Positions 52,110 through 64,000 of a stretch of 64,000 nt of DNA are shown here, piece by piece. The notes below the pieces were generated by a model. It was not told the origin of the DNA. It did no database searches and saw only the letters and a program-made list of their open reading frames with translations. Within the stretch, counting starts at the first letter, position 1. The number at the start of each line of letters is the position of its first letter. The DNA is from Takakia lepidozioides. Lineage: Eukaryota; Plantae; Bryophyta. Where the stretch lies: positions 36,828,001 through 36,892,000 of the forward strand of contig CM060733.1 in NCBI GenBank assembly GCA_030704615.1. The letters run 5' to 3'. A program made the position numbers and the translations under genes.

Positions 52110-53354
52110 TCACAACACATCACCTCTTCCTCGCTGCCGGCTTCTGCGCCTCCGACTTGTGGACCCTAAACTCCGTTCCACATTTGCACTACCCTCTGAC
52201 ATATTGATCTGCTCAGTAGAGCCACTGCTACCTGGCATATTTTCCCCCCACAAATCATGTCGGGCAAAAGAGGAGTGTGCTATTTGATAATATCGGCCTC
52301 TGCCTCGAGATGGAATCCGTGTTGCTCCAGCCAATGAAGCTCCTGGCCAAGGCACTTGAAACAGCAGGAACACTGCCCACTCTGGAGGACCGCTGTCATC
52401 ACCCTCATCATGATGCTCCTCGTCATCATCAATACTGCGATCCCCAAGAACTGTGGCACCTGGCATGGCCAACCTTATAGTGCTCAGCACATCACCCAAG
52501 TCCCGCTGCCGCTCCAACCGACGCCAATCCCGCTGTCGCACAGGGTCAATGTCAGAGGGCCGGGCCGAGGGATGGACTCCCCGTGCATGCTTCCGTAGCT
52601 CATCATATGGGCCAGTAAATGGACATTCTTCTTGAGAACAGCTCCGTATCTTACAGTTCAGATGTTGACGAGCAGACTCCACAACTTTCCACCCCACAAT
52701 TTTTCCTCGGCAAAGGGGGCAAAGCAGATCCGCCACATCACCTTTGTCCCCCGCCAGAGCTCCTCTTAAAAGTTCCAAGGAGGCCATTCCGGCGACACCA
52801 TCTCTCTCAGACTCAACAACTGCGACACCAGTTTCTATCATCTGCTCAGCACCGGCTCCTGGAGACCCTCTAACAGCCCTCGAAGATGAAAACCTGGCCA
52901 GAGCTCTGTCAGACCTTTCATGACCGCCAAAGCTCAAGGCTCCACCACCAGTTGCACCGCTACCATTCTTCTTAAAGTGGTCATGAGCTTTGGTATATTG
53001 ATCAAGGCAATTAGAGTGACGGTAACTGGTATCACACATGTAGGGTCGGCAACCCTTTTCATGAGAGCTACAGATTAACAGAACCGCATTGTGAGGGTGC
53101 TCCATACAAATCGGACATGTCGCCTCTTCCCACTCTTTTCTCTCTTTTCTTACTGCGGCCTCTTCCTCATCCTCGGATGAACTATCATCTACCATGAATC
53201 CTCTGCCAGGACTAGCGATAGGCTCGTACACAGCGGAGTCTTCCCCATCCTTGGATGCACTTCCCCGTGCTCTCCCACGACTAGCGTAAGGGTCGTGCAC
53301 TCCGGCCCGGGCTCTTGGTGACAGCAGCCTGCGACTGCCTGGAGCCTTTGGCAT
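52110..53354 (-). CDS. DUF1644 family zinc-finger protein, 414 aa, single coding exon
   Basis: EWEEATCPICMEHPHNAVLLICSSHEKGCRPYMCDTSYRHSNCLDQY; LLCPLCRGKI.GWKVV; RKHARGVHPSARP; ERQRDLGDVLSTI. Confidence 0.93.
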   Translation of the reverse strand: MPKAPGSRRLLSPRARAGVHDPYASRGRARGSASKDGEDSAVYEPIASPGRGFMVDDSSSEDEEEAAVRKERKEWEEATCPICMEHPHNAVLLICSSHEKGCRPYMCDTSYRHSNCLDQYTKAHDHFKKNGSGATGGGALSFGGHERSDRALARFSSSRAVRGSPGAGAEQMIETGVAVVESERDGVAGMASLELLRGALAGDKGDVADLLCPLCRGKIVGWKVVESARQHLNCKIRSCSQEECPFTGPYDELRKHARGVHPSARPSDIDPVRQRDWRRLERQRDLGDVLSTIRLAMPGATVLGDRSIDDDEEHHDEGDDSGPPEWAVFLLFQVPWPGASLAGATRIPSRGRGRYYQIAHSSFARHDLWGENMPGSSGSTEQINMSEGSANVERSLGSTSRRRRSRQRGRGDVL

Positions 53355-55244
53355 CCTGACTCGCCTTTCTTAAGATTCTCCAATTGGACGCCCTTGTCAA
53401 AGTATACCACAACACAGATGTGAAGGAGGACCAGCAATTCGCAATTCAGGTCATACTATAGAGACGGGAGCAAAGGGATGCACATGGACCCGGAAGATCT
53501 CTCCTCTAGACCTGCAATTGGCAGACGAAAGGAAGAGATGACGTGGATAAGTAACCCCTGCCCTCTGGGATGAAGGTTCTTAACCAAACATAACAGGAGG
53601 AGATGGGACAGATCCCGACGGCTACCACGGATTAAGCAGGAAGAGAACAAACACGGCGGTCCGAAACCCTCCATCCAAACACTGCCACCATATCCCCGTG
53701 TACCAGAAAGCACAAAACACTACACAAACAAGAACACACCAACCTCGTTGTCCGATCACGTATCCCAACAGCACCCCGCAAACAAGACTCGCGTTTGCTT
53801 GCACGGATACCAGCAAGAGAAGCAGATGATGTAGAATGAACAAGCCTGTTAGATCCTGCCTTTCAAAAGAAAAGCTTAGCAGTGTGAATCTGCTTATCCC
53901 CTACACCTAGCTTGCAGAAAAGCCTCCCGAATCCAGCAGGAGCGGGAAGCAGAAGCAGCAGCAGCGGGTCTCTTCGGAGTGCGAGAGCTAGGGTAGGGCA
54001 GAAGACACAAGAAGCTGCCTGTCTCGCCCCTCCCTCTCTTTAGGGGCCAACACCACCACACCGTCGGTGCACCACTCCTCACCGACGAACGAATAATGAT
54101 TCTGTGGACGAAAAGTCTATATGTCAGGAATTTCCGTCTATATGTCAGAGGTTTTTCAACTTTATCTTTTGCTTTTTGCTTTTTTCTTGTCTTTCTTAAA
54201 GAAGGGGACAGAAATTAATTGAAGAAAAGAGTCACATAAAGGTGGGAAAAATAACCACCAAGGGAGGCCGTGAGGGGTACATCCCCGTGACCATAGCAAA
54301 CTTGCTAAAGGGAAGAAGGTAGGGGAGGGTGCAATTTGAGAGGGAATGGGGGTGGCGATTGAGAGAGGTTTGCAAACAAGTGATAGAGGGAGAGATAGGC
54401 AAGGATCATCTGCAGATAGATACGCTAGGAATACCGATAATGCAAAGGGGGCCAAGCCCTTAATTTGATTAAGGAAAAAGGTCTTTTTAGCAGCTGATGG
54501 GGGTTGGATTTTGGAGAAGCTGCAACGAGGTGCAGTAGCTGAGGCAACAACAGAGGCCGCACTTCTAGAACTTGAATTGCGCACGGAATTTGGGAACTCT
54601 TGCACGTTTGTGGCGCCAATTGTAGTCCACATCATCTACATCACCAGGGGACTTCCCATTGAGGGGGGATGGAATGTTGTCATCTAAATTTTGAGTTGGA
54701 AACACTGGCGCCGAGCATGCAACCTTTGCCCTAGGAGTCATGGAAGTCTTGAAGCAGTTTCTCGTTGCTCCGAAGTTCTAGAAATAGCTGCACAAACAGT
54801 AGACCAAGCCTTCCGCCCATCAGTCAACAAATCGTGGTAAGTATTAAATAATACTGATCTGCCTCTGGGGGGTTTTCCCTCAAAAACCCAAGCACATCTT
54901 GTTTTCTATAGATTCCATAAGGTAAGTGCTCTAAGAGCAGCCCAAACCGGACAAATAGTCTGCACTTGCCCTGGGAGGAAGTTTAGAAACAACAGAAAAG
55001 GCGGGGAGGCAAATGGGAAGATATTCCAGTGAGACTAAGTGCCAGACTTTATAGATTGCAGAACAAGAGGCAGTGCTCAATGGATTCCGGAATATAGCTG
55101 CATAGAGAGCAGATAGGGTTGTCTTCATGGGTGCGTTGTCTTACTGAGAGCCTTTCTGTGCGTGAGTTTCAAGAGAAAACCAGAGAGCTTGGCTGGTCTA
55201 TCCTTCATCTAGATGTTTTTCCAGATTTTATCCCAGGGCAGACT

Positions 55245-58200
55245 AGAGGTACAAGACTAGGCAAGAAGTCAAGGTCGGCGTGGCCGTATGCACGATGAGG
55301 AAATAGAAATCAAGACGATATTTATAACAATGAACAATGGTACAAGATATTGGAACACGACTTGAATGCTGGAATGCCGGAAACTGGACTAGAGTACCAG
55401 ATACTGGAAACTGGGCTAGGATACCGGGAACTGTAAACAAAAGTAGCTTGAAATGGTGTTGGCGAGACTGAAGAGTATCCAGTCTCGCCTCCTATATATA
55501 CTGGTCACTAAGAAGCTTCCCTTATGGAGGTTTCTTGTTGGAGAAGTTTTCAAGATTAAACAAATGTTTCTTGATGGAGCTTCCTTAAACAAATGAGGTA
55601 TTTTTATAGAGAAATTTCCTCCAAATGAAGCTACCTGAGCAGTTTCTCAAATTACACTTGGTAATTTGATAAATTCCCGATAACTTGGTAAGTAATGGTA
55701 AATCATGGTAGATCATGGTAAATCACGGTAAGTCATGATAACTTCCGGGTAACATGGTAACTTGGTAATCTCAGGGATTTACTCCTGGTAAATTCCTCTG
55801 GGCTATGTCCGTGACATCAACCCCTCCTCTAGCGCCGAGTTTCTCGATGAGCGGTAAAATCTTGGACTTGCTTAGAGTTGGAGAAAATCCAAAATCCGGC
55901 GAATGGTACTTGCCAAGTATTCGGTTCTTCATTCTTGACTTAAATGATTTATAGGTCCCTGCAATCATCGATAATGTCCAACACCTTGAACTTGGGACCA
56001 CGCAGTGATTTGAGCATTCTGATTCTCGAAGCTGTCTTCAAACATGATGTCGTTGCCCTCTACGTCTGAAATCTCAACCTCCAACAGAAGTATCAGACTT
56101 CGTCGACTTCATACTCAATTCCTGATTGACTTCGATTGGTGGAGGTGGTACGGAGACTCTCCCTGGAATATTCGATGGATGATACAACTCCAATAATGAA
56201 ACATAAAAACTCGATGGATGCGCATACTTCGTGGGAGTTCAAGCCGAAAACTGACCGGATTTATTTGTCCGATAATTTTGAATGGTCCCAGGCGTTGATA
56301 ATCCAACTTATTTGATGATCGCAAGGTTTGTATGTCCCGTCGAAGAAGCCACACACGATCTCCAACCTTGAACTGGGGTTGGAGTTGGCAACGTTGATCT
56401 ACATAGTCCTTGTATTGTTTTTGAGCTTCTGCGAGGTGGAATGTAAGCTCTTTGTGAATCATAGGAAGATGAGTAGCAAGGTTTTCTGCAGCAAGGTTTC
56501 CAACAGTCTTTATGTGGAAAGGGTTTGCTCGAGGATGATGACCATGAAAAATAAAGTTTGTTTGGTCGAAGAATGTATAGTGTTGTTGTAGGCAAATTTA
56601 GCCAATTATCTTGGTGATAATTTATCGTACAGCGAAGATACTATTCCAAAATCTGGTTTACACGTTCGGTTTGACCATCAGTATGTGGATAATTAGCTGT
56701 AGAGATGTTGATCTTAGTATCCAATATGTGAAATAATCCCCTCCAGAAATTTGATATGAACTGTGGTCCTCGATCAGATACGATGTCCTTCGGGAGTCCA
56801 TGAATGCGGTAGATATTATTGAGGAAGAGTCTTGCGGTTTCCTCGCCGATAACTGTCTTATCACATGGAATGAAATGTATCATCTTCGTAAAACAATCTA
56901 CAATAACAAGAATTGAATTGGTGGTCTTGAAAATTAGAATGTCCGTAATAAAGTCCATAGACATGGACGACCATGGACCCTTGGGAATGGGTAATGGTTA
57001 AAAAATGTCGTAAGGTTGATGTTGTGGTCTTTTCACTCTAGCACGCGTGTCGCAAGATTTTATAAATTCTTTCACGAGTTTCCACATTTATGGCCACTAA
57101 TAGTCCCTGGATATCAATTCCATTGTTTTGTTGAAGCCGAAATGTACTACAGCCGAAAGATCATGACATGTTTGAAGAATTCGAAGTCGTATAGGTCCTA
57201 GAGGTACATAGTGAAATCCCTTGAAATAAATTAAGACATCTTTGAATTCGAAGTCGTTTGTAACATATGGGCTGTCTCGAGGTCGATTTAATTGACTTCG
57301 TAGTGTCGTGGCAAATTGGTTGCTCTTTAGTGCTTCCTGGATCTCCTTTATGATCTCTACATCGTCATAGGTGGACATGGATAACATATTCACTTAGAGA
57401 TTTGCTAGTTTCAAGATGATGGATTTCTGTTGATCAAAAGCTGCATCCCCTTCTTTTGGCGCAAGATACGATCGTCGAGAAAGAGCATCATTGAAGATGT
57501 CCAGGACGGTAGGTAATAACAAAATCAAACCTTACTAGTGACATACTTCATCTCGCGTGACGTCGATTCAAAACAATAAAATACTTGAGGTTTTTGTGAT
57601 TGATATAAACTGTGACCTGATGTTTAGCTCCCTCCAATAGATGACGTCACTCCTAAAAAACATCAATAATCGCTAGAAGTTCATTGTCATAGATTTCATA
57701 ATTGATCTCCGCAGCGGAAAATTTGCGAGAACAAAAATCATCAGGGTGAAGTCGGCCATTTGTACCGTATTGAGAGAGTACCTGCCAAGTGCAAAGTCCG
57801 ATGCATCTGCTTCCAAAAAGAATGGTTTAGATGGGTCTACATGTACCAGTATTGGAGCTGTTGTGAATGTCTGCTTCAGCCTTTCAAATGCTTGGTCAGC
57901 CTTCTCGTCCCATACAAATTTGTCATTCCATGTGAGTCGTGTCAATGGTGCAGCAATTTTGGAGTAGTCATTGATGAAGATTAAATCCCAGAAAACATTG
58001 TACATCTCGGACCGAAGTTGGTTAATCCACTCGATGATGGTTTGTATTTTTTTCTGATCCATAAGGACTCATTTGTCGGAAATAATGTAACCCAAAAACT
58101 CGACTTCACGACGCATCAGATCGCTTCTCTTGACGTCTTTCGAACAAACGATTATCGCATGCAATGACTTGGGTGATGAATTTACTCATTGTACTTACGT

Positions 58201-58685
58201 TTGACATTGTCAGCAACAAATATTTTATATCATTTTTTAGGCCACACCGAAACTGACTAATGAGACTCTTCTCATTCCAGTCGAGGTCGCACGCAAGTTG
58301 TCAAAATTCGGCAGCATAAACAAAAGCTGGACGTGCTCATTGTCGAAGATTTCGCATCTTTATCTCTGCAACTCTCTCTCTATCATTTTCTCCAAACATT
58401 GTAGTGAATTTAGACATGAACGCTTCAAAATTGTATAGTAAACGCGAATTTTTCTCTAATAGCGGTGCAAACCAAGATAGGATAGTGCCGGATAGAAGGG
58501 TGCCCACAAATCACACTTGAATACCTTCATCAGGGTAGCGTTGTGGATGTAGTCGTAGGAACAATCGTACTTGTTGAACGATAATGGTACATCACGGTAA
58601 ATCATGGCAACTTTCGGATAACATGGTAACTTGATAACTTCTGGGATTTACTCCTGGTAAGTTCCTCTGGGCTATGTCCATGACA
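55245..58685 (-). mobile_element. Decayed Ty3/gypsy chromovirus-like (Tcn1/Tf2-like) element: truncated 5' LTR, gag, RT/RNaseH, integrase, PPT, 3' LTR
   Basis: LTR starts TGTCA(T/C)GGACATAGCCC at 58685 and 55816; PPT AGAGGAGGGG at 55821-55830. gag VQQVRL...HPQRYP...FVGTLLSG..LSWF; [12 protein letters not shown]; HFGFNKT; SMDFITD, IVSDRGPQF, QTERVNQILE; GPFKII. Many stops; the left boundary is approximate. Confidence 0.9.
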
Positions 58686-61390
58686 GACAGAAGAGAAACC
58701 CAGATGAAGTGGAGAGGCTCTCAATATTGACATGAGTACAAAGGGAAGAATGAACGTAAGACAGACAGTCCTGAAGATCAGCGAGCCAGAGCAACTGAGA
58801 GGGAAAAAATGGCATGCGTGCACAGGGCAGGCTCTTATACGGATTGTCAAACAGTATGAGGTTGATGTGTTCACATTACAGAGATGCATTTGGAGTGTCA
58901 TGGATCAACAAATTGTCGCCCTTGATATGTTTTTTCGTGTATTCTAGTCGTTATTATGTGTCCTCCAGAGCATAAATTCAAGTAGGAATCTAAAATCCTC
59001 CGAACATTAAGGGGTCCATAAGTTATTACGGCCAATGCGAATAACTGACTGACTCGAGATCTGGAATCTGACATCCAAAGCACTAGAGAAGCAACAAATC
59101 CAATGTTGAATTAACGATGCAAGAGAAGGAATAGTCGGCGACAAAAGTGGCCGCATCTTAAGGCTATTGTGATGAGCCGACGACCATCTATGACAAGGTG
59201 ACTTTAAGTAACCGCAATGAATATGGGGCTGTAGATGAGGTGTAGGTAGAGAAAATGTGAGACCAATCAAATCCCATATGCACGTCCCGACACCTCATTA
59301 TTGAACCTAAGAATAATATTTTATCATTGGATGAAATAAGAGCCTACGCGGATGAAACAGACGTATACTAGATGAGATGACTGCCCTAGTGGATGATTCA
59401 ACTCCCCTCATGGATGAGCGTCGTCACAGGAACCCGCAATCATTCTAGGGTGTTCATTTTATGAAGGCGTCGAATTGCCGCGCCGTAACGCTTTGGACAA
59501 ACTAGTGGAGTCCATTCATTACTGACAGTCATGTCATATCATTGATTGTACCTGCATAAATTTAGGGGTCCTTAGCGAACCGTTGGGACAAACATCCCGC
59601 CTTTCATTCATCCATGCATCAAGGCCACAAACTGTCGGATGCGACATAACACCGACGGTTGAGATCACAAGTGGTAAGGCATATAATAAGGAGTGACCAA
59701 AAGGATTTTGCATTCATTTAAGACACGCGGAAGCCCTGCTCAATTTTGGTAAGAGGTGCGAGAGAGAGCGACTGAGTGAGGGAGGCAAAGAGGTGAAGAT
59801 CGAGGAAACGAGAGAGTGAGCACTATAACAGATCGCGGTATATATGACTGTATATATGACTATCCCGTAGTCATAACCAGTACATATGACTGCTATGATT
59901 TTAAGTTGTGCAAACCAAGTGAATACAATGAGTACAGTATGGTCGGTCATGGATGACTGTAGTCAGATGAACCACATGATACATCTCACTGTCATGTGGC
60001 AGTCATATGTACTTCTACCATACATGACTTGTGTTGCTGCAAATTGTACACGTGTCTCTTTCTAATAAGTCCAAGAGGTTTTGTGGATGTGCGCCATATG
60101 GCGTCTCCCGAAACTGCCAAGTGGCATATCCATGAGGAGGATCTACAGTCATTGTCTTGACTACAACCATGCTTATATGGACACGTGACATATAATGAGG
60201 AGGTCTTGCAGTCATTGTCGTGACTACAAACAACCTCATATGTGGACACGTGGCATCATATGGGGGGTTTGTTTTGAATTTTTAAATGTATTTAACAGTC
60301 AAAACCACGATTATGCTTATAGGATCTCCTTGCCAGGTGGTTTCTGTTGGATATCACACGTGTCAATGTATGAATGGAGGTTGTTCAGTGATGTTAAAGT
60401 GATATTGCTTACTACCTATAGTATAACCCTAGTCGTGCACATGTCTTTCTATAATCTATACTTCTACTGCTATAATGATTCTACCTACTGTAGTTTACTA
60501 CCTATACTAGAACCATAGTCATGCATATGTTTGTCTGTGATCTGCACTTCTACTGCTATAGTAATTCTAACTACTGACTGCAGTAACCCACATGACTGAT
60601 ACAACAACAGATTAGGGTTAGTAATATCTAATACAGATACAAAAGAAATACATTAGCCTACCAAAGATCACAGTGACAAAAAATTGACTCTGCAAATGAA
60701 AGCTTTATTCACAGGCAAGAATGACAAGAAAGAATAAAGTGAGAAAGTGCAATGGACATAACATAGACACTTAAGATAGTAGTAGATGTAAAAAGACAAT
60801 TGTCAGTCAAATTTACAAGAAAGCACCGGAGTCCCAAAATCTGGCTCCTGAAACAACAGTCTGACCAAGTATAAAGGACATTACATAGGCATCGAAGATA
60901 ACAGCAGATGTAAAAAGAGATTGTCTAAAACAATTACCAGGACCAAATTTACAATATAGCACCGGAGTCCCAAAATCATGCTTATCAAAATACAGTCTAA
61001 GGGGGGTAGCATAACATACATGTTGTCATGATAATCTTAAAATTTCATGCTTTGACTCACTAGCCATGATATACAGCCGTGCATCAGCTATGTAAAAATC
61101 CCAAATGTTGATTTGTGGAGACGGTTCCTAGGTTAGTAACTTCATGCTCACTGCATTTACACCACAACCACAAACACATGAGTCCTTGAGAGATACAAAA
61201 TTGAGCCTTATCAAGCTATTCGACACATCACAAACCTAATGAAGACATCAGTTAGCATATTACATCACCATCACATACAAGAAATGACCCAAATTGATTC
61301 GAAAATCTCATTCTACAGATAGCAACATAGGTGCGACAAAGAATACATACATGATTTGAGGTGAGTAGTGGCTGTATAGCGGTGGGGAGG

Positions 61391-63546
61391 TCATTTTTTG
61401 ACCACCTTGACCAATTTGTCGCTCCAAAGTGTGATGCTATCCAAAGCGTGTTTCAGCTCAGTTTGGGGCGGTTTAACTGTCGTATTGTGGTAAGGCAGTG
61501 GCGCATTCAGAATCATTACTTCATCCACAAGAACTGCAACGTATCCCAACGACACCTCTTTGTACCCACATGGAGGTTTTGTCCCCTCTAAGCCCATTAC
61601 CGCATCCCCTCCTGCTTTGCATTTAGACACTGCTTCCATAAGTACTACGACATCTCCTCTTTTCACCTGCCACAAACCACGACAGCAAATCAGAACCAAT
61701 ATCTTGAAACCTGTCACCATCTACAAACATGTACAAAGGCTTTATAGTCCTCATTCATCTCATGTCCCTCTACACAACTATACAGAAGACATTTATAACC
61801 AAGTTTGATAACTAACAGTGATTCAAACCAATTCACACATATATAAAGTTCTAATAAAAAGAATGACATTAATCCATTATGCTCAATGGCCGGAGGTAGT
61901 TGGCTGATTTGCACTGGCATTGCTGCCCTTGTTGCTGAACCAAAGATTGTTATTCCCTATCCAACCCACAACATGCCCAAGCAGGTTAGAACAATGAATG
62001 TCTTAGAGCATACAAAACCAGCAGTGCAACTTATATGCCATCATTTGGGATACAAAAACCCTGCTGAGAAAAAAACGTAATAAAAATGCTACTGAAACCC
62101 TACAAACAATATCTCACGCCAAAAAAACCTTACAATCCTTACATATTGTGATTTCATGTAATGCTGCCTCCACAGTTCATAAAACCAGATACCTTGAGCA
62201 TAATCACAGCTTCCAAAACAAACCAAGAGATTATGGGCACATGACATCTTGTGGCACTACTGGGCATGTTATAAGGATGTTATGTGCGGCATGATCAAGA
62301 CCAAAACAGGGGGGTGGGGGGGGGGCTGTCTGAAAGCAGTAACTGCTGCTCCTCTCAGCCCCCCCCCCACCATTCCAAAAAATATATATATATATATATA
62401 TATATATGGGGGGAAAAAACTCAGACTTTAAAATATGAGACATGAAGGTAGACTCGGATACTTATGTCTGTGCATGAAGATGATAGGTCTGGAAATTGGA
62501 AAGCAAATGCACCATCGTATTAAATGGATATAAAGCTGGTAGAACTGATGGCAGACTGAACGAGCTTATCAAGCACAGAGACGATCCCATGAGCTTATCT
62601 GAAATCCAAAACCTGGCTGAGAATAAACCCAAACAAAAACCCTATTGAAGCTCGGTAAGCAGTTCATGTTAAGCAATGGCACAAAGAATTAACAAAACAT
62701 AGAAAAGATGTGACATACGTGCAGTGGTCGTTGTCCAAAACTGTGTTTGCGCACATGATCCTTGAAACTAGGAGCATAGGCAAGTTCTTCCAAATAGGGT
62801 ATGACTCCCATCAGCCCACTGTCAGCAGGTCCCGTATGATGATTCCATGACACCGGATAAATCCCTGAGTGTAGAGGATTGCGAGAGCCTTTGTATGGAG
62901 TATCATCTAGAAGAATAGTATTGTCCACTGTCCATTGTGGCATCTCCCGCCAGAGTCTATCAAGACACTTGTAAAAGTAGGGCCTCCCATGATATCACTA
63001 GGTGCCATGGTGACTTTCACAATGGGATTGATCCCATGTGAAATCAAGCTGGGAAGCGTATTCCCGAAATATGAAGTCAACCGTGGCCTTCACATTGTGG
63101 GCTTGCGCTGACAATCAGAGGCCAACTTCAAAATGTTTAAAACATTCCGCAATGAACTCATACACACAAGGCCTCAAAATGACTTTCTTTGTGCCACATG
63201 ACTTTGCCACAACCCCCGGTGGAGTATATACAGCCCCATAATTAGCATCACATAGCAAGCCATTCAGATCTAGAATTAAAATATGTTTGGAGGTGGGAGG
63301 GGTGGGCTTATCAACTCGTTTGATTGCCGCATCTCTCACGTCGTGTGTTGTAGGTACTCCACTCTCATTTGCAACTTCAGACCCCATAGTGTTGAGTACT
63401 GCTGCTGCCGGTGGTGTGCTAGGTAGCACTTCATCATCTGCGACAAATGTGCTTTCATGAGGGGAATGAGTTTTGTTTGTGGTGGTAGACTGCAATGCCG
63501 CATCATGTGGGAGATGACTCATCCGAAAAATAGTTTTTTTTATCAA
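61391..63546 (-). pseudogene. Second CACTA TnpA-like gene with FCP1/NIF HAD domain and Tnp1/En/Spm-like C-terminal domain
   Basis: HILILDLNGLLC, LRPCVYEFI..CF..FEVGL*(W), FTWDQSHC and NTILLDDTPYK..RNP (63546-62720, with a stop and a frameshift). Last exon YVAVLVDEV..LNAPLP...TELKHALDSITLW (61670-61391). Confidence 0.7.
62382..62407. repeat. (AT)n microsatellite
   Basis: atatatatatatatatatatatatat. Confidence 0.95.
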
Positions 63547-64000
63547 AACTGGAATTAAAAAATACAGGGATTGGGAACTGCAATTAAATATTGCAGTTCC
63601 TCTCTTACATTACACCCATTTCTTTTGGTTCTCACCAAAGTGTCTTCTCCTCACAAGATTCGCCCATCTCCTTCATTCTAAGTCCACATGGTCGTAGTGT
63701 TGGGCTCAATATGATTGGTCTAAAAAATGTCCTGAGTATAAACTGCGTGGCAATTTGTGAAAGTTGTTGCTTAAACAGACAGGCTTTCTTGCGGTTTACT
63801 GCTTCTGAATCTTCTCCCATTATTCGTGAGTAGCTTTCTGTAAGTCTGGCTTCAAGTACAAAGTTACATTTTCTTTATTGTCTTTTCGGATTATCTTAAG
63901 ATTCTTCTCAATTTTCTTCGTCACTATTTAGACCTGAACCTCGCTTTGTCATCCATGTCATCTTAGGTCAATTTCTCTTGGGTCTGTTTATCTTATTAGG

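Larger units (their letters stand above)
59821..64000 (-). mobile_element. CACTA element end with subterminal repeats, extending beyond the window
   Basis: Terminus CACTATAACAGA at 59821, followed by many ATGACT/AGTCAT motifs in both orientations to ~60600; a TnpA-like gene lies inside. Confidence 0.75.

Overview
This is repeat-rich nuclear DNA from a land plant. It is probably a seed-free lineage, inferred from a Tcn1-like chromovirus remnant, a tubulin-tyrosine-ligase-like fragment and PLS-PPR debris. Only two host genes look intact: a ~16-exon MUT9-like/PPK casein kinase 1 (39532-45334, +) and a single-exon DUF1644 zinc-finger gene (52110-53354, -). The rest is nested transposons. (1) A Mutator-type DDE transposase with an N-terminal GCM-like zinc domain and a C-terminal SWIM finger (2470-6080) is preceded by ~27 copies of a 24-bp palindrome, CGGAAATGCGGTACCGCATTTCCG, spaced ~53 bp apart; its ATGCGG half-sites resemble the GCM recognition site. 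(2) Two oppositely oriented Tat/Ogre-like LTR elements have a tRNA-Arg PBS, a PPT, a duplicated PPT+LTR and a long coiled-coil extra ORF. (3) CACTA material includes a TnpD pseudogene and two divergent TnpA-like genes, each carrying an FCP1/NIF-type HAD phosphatase domain. (4) There are also LINE, copia and gypsy remnants, Tourist MITEs nested in a Tc1/mariner-type MITE, a ~125-bp satellite built from a PPR coding fragment, and a ~110-bp tandem array just upstream of the kinase. The best novelty candidates are the GCM-Mutator element with its phased palindrome array and the TnpA-FCP1 fusion. All domain calls come from reading motifs by eye, not from database searches.
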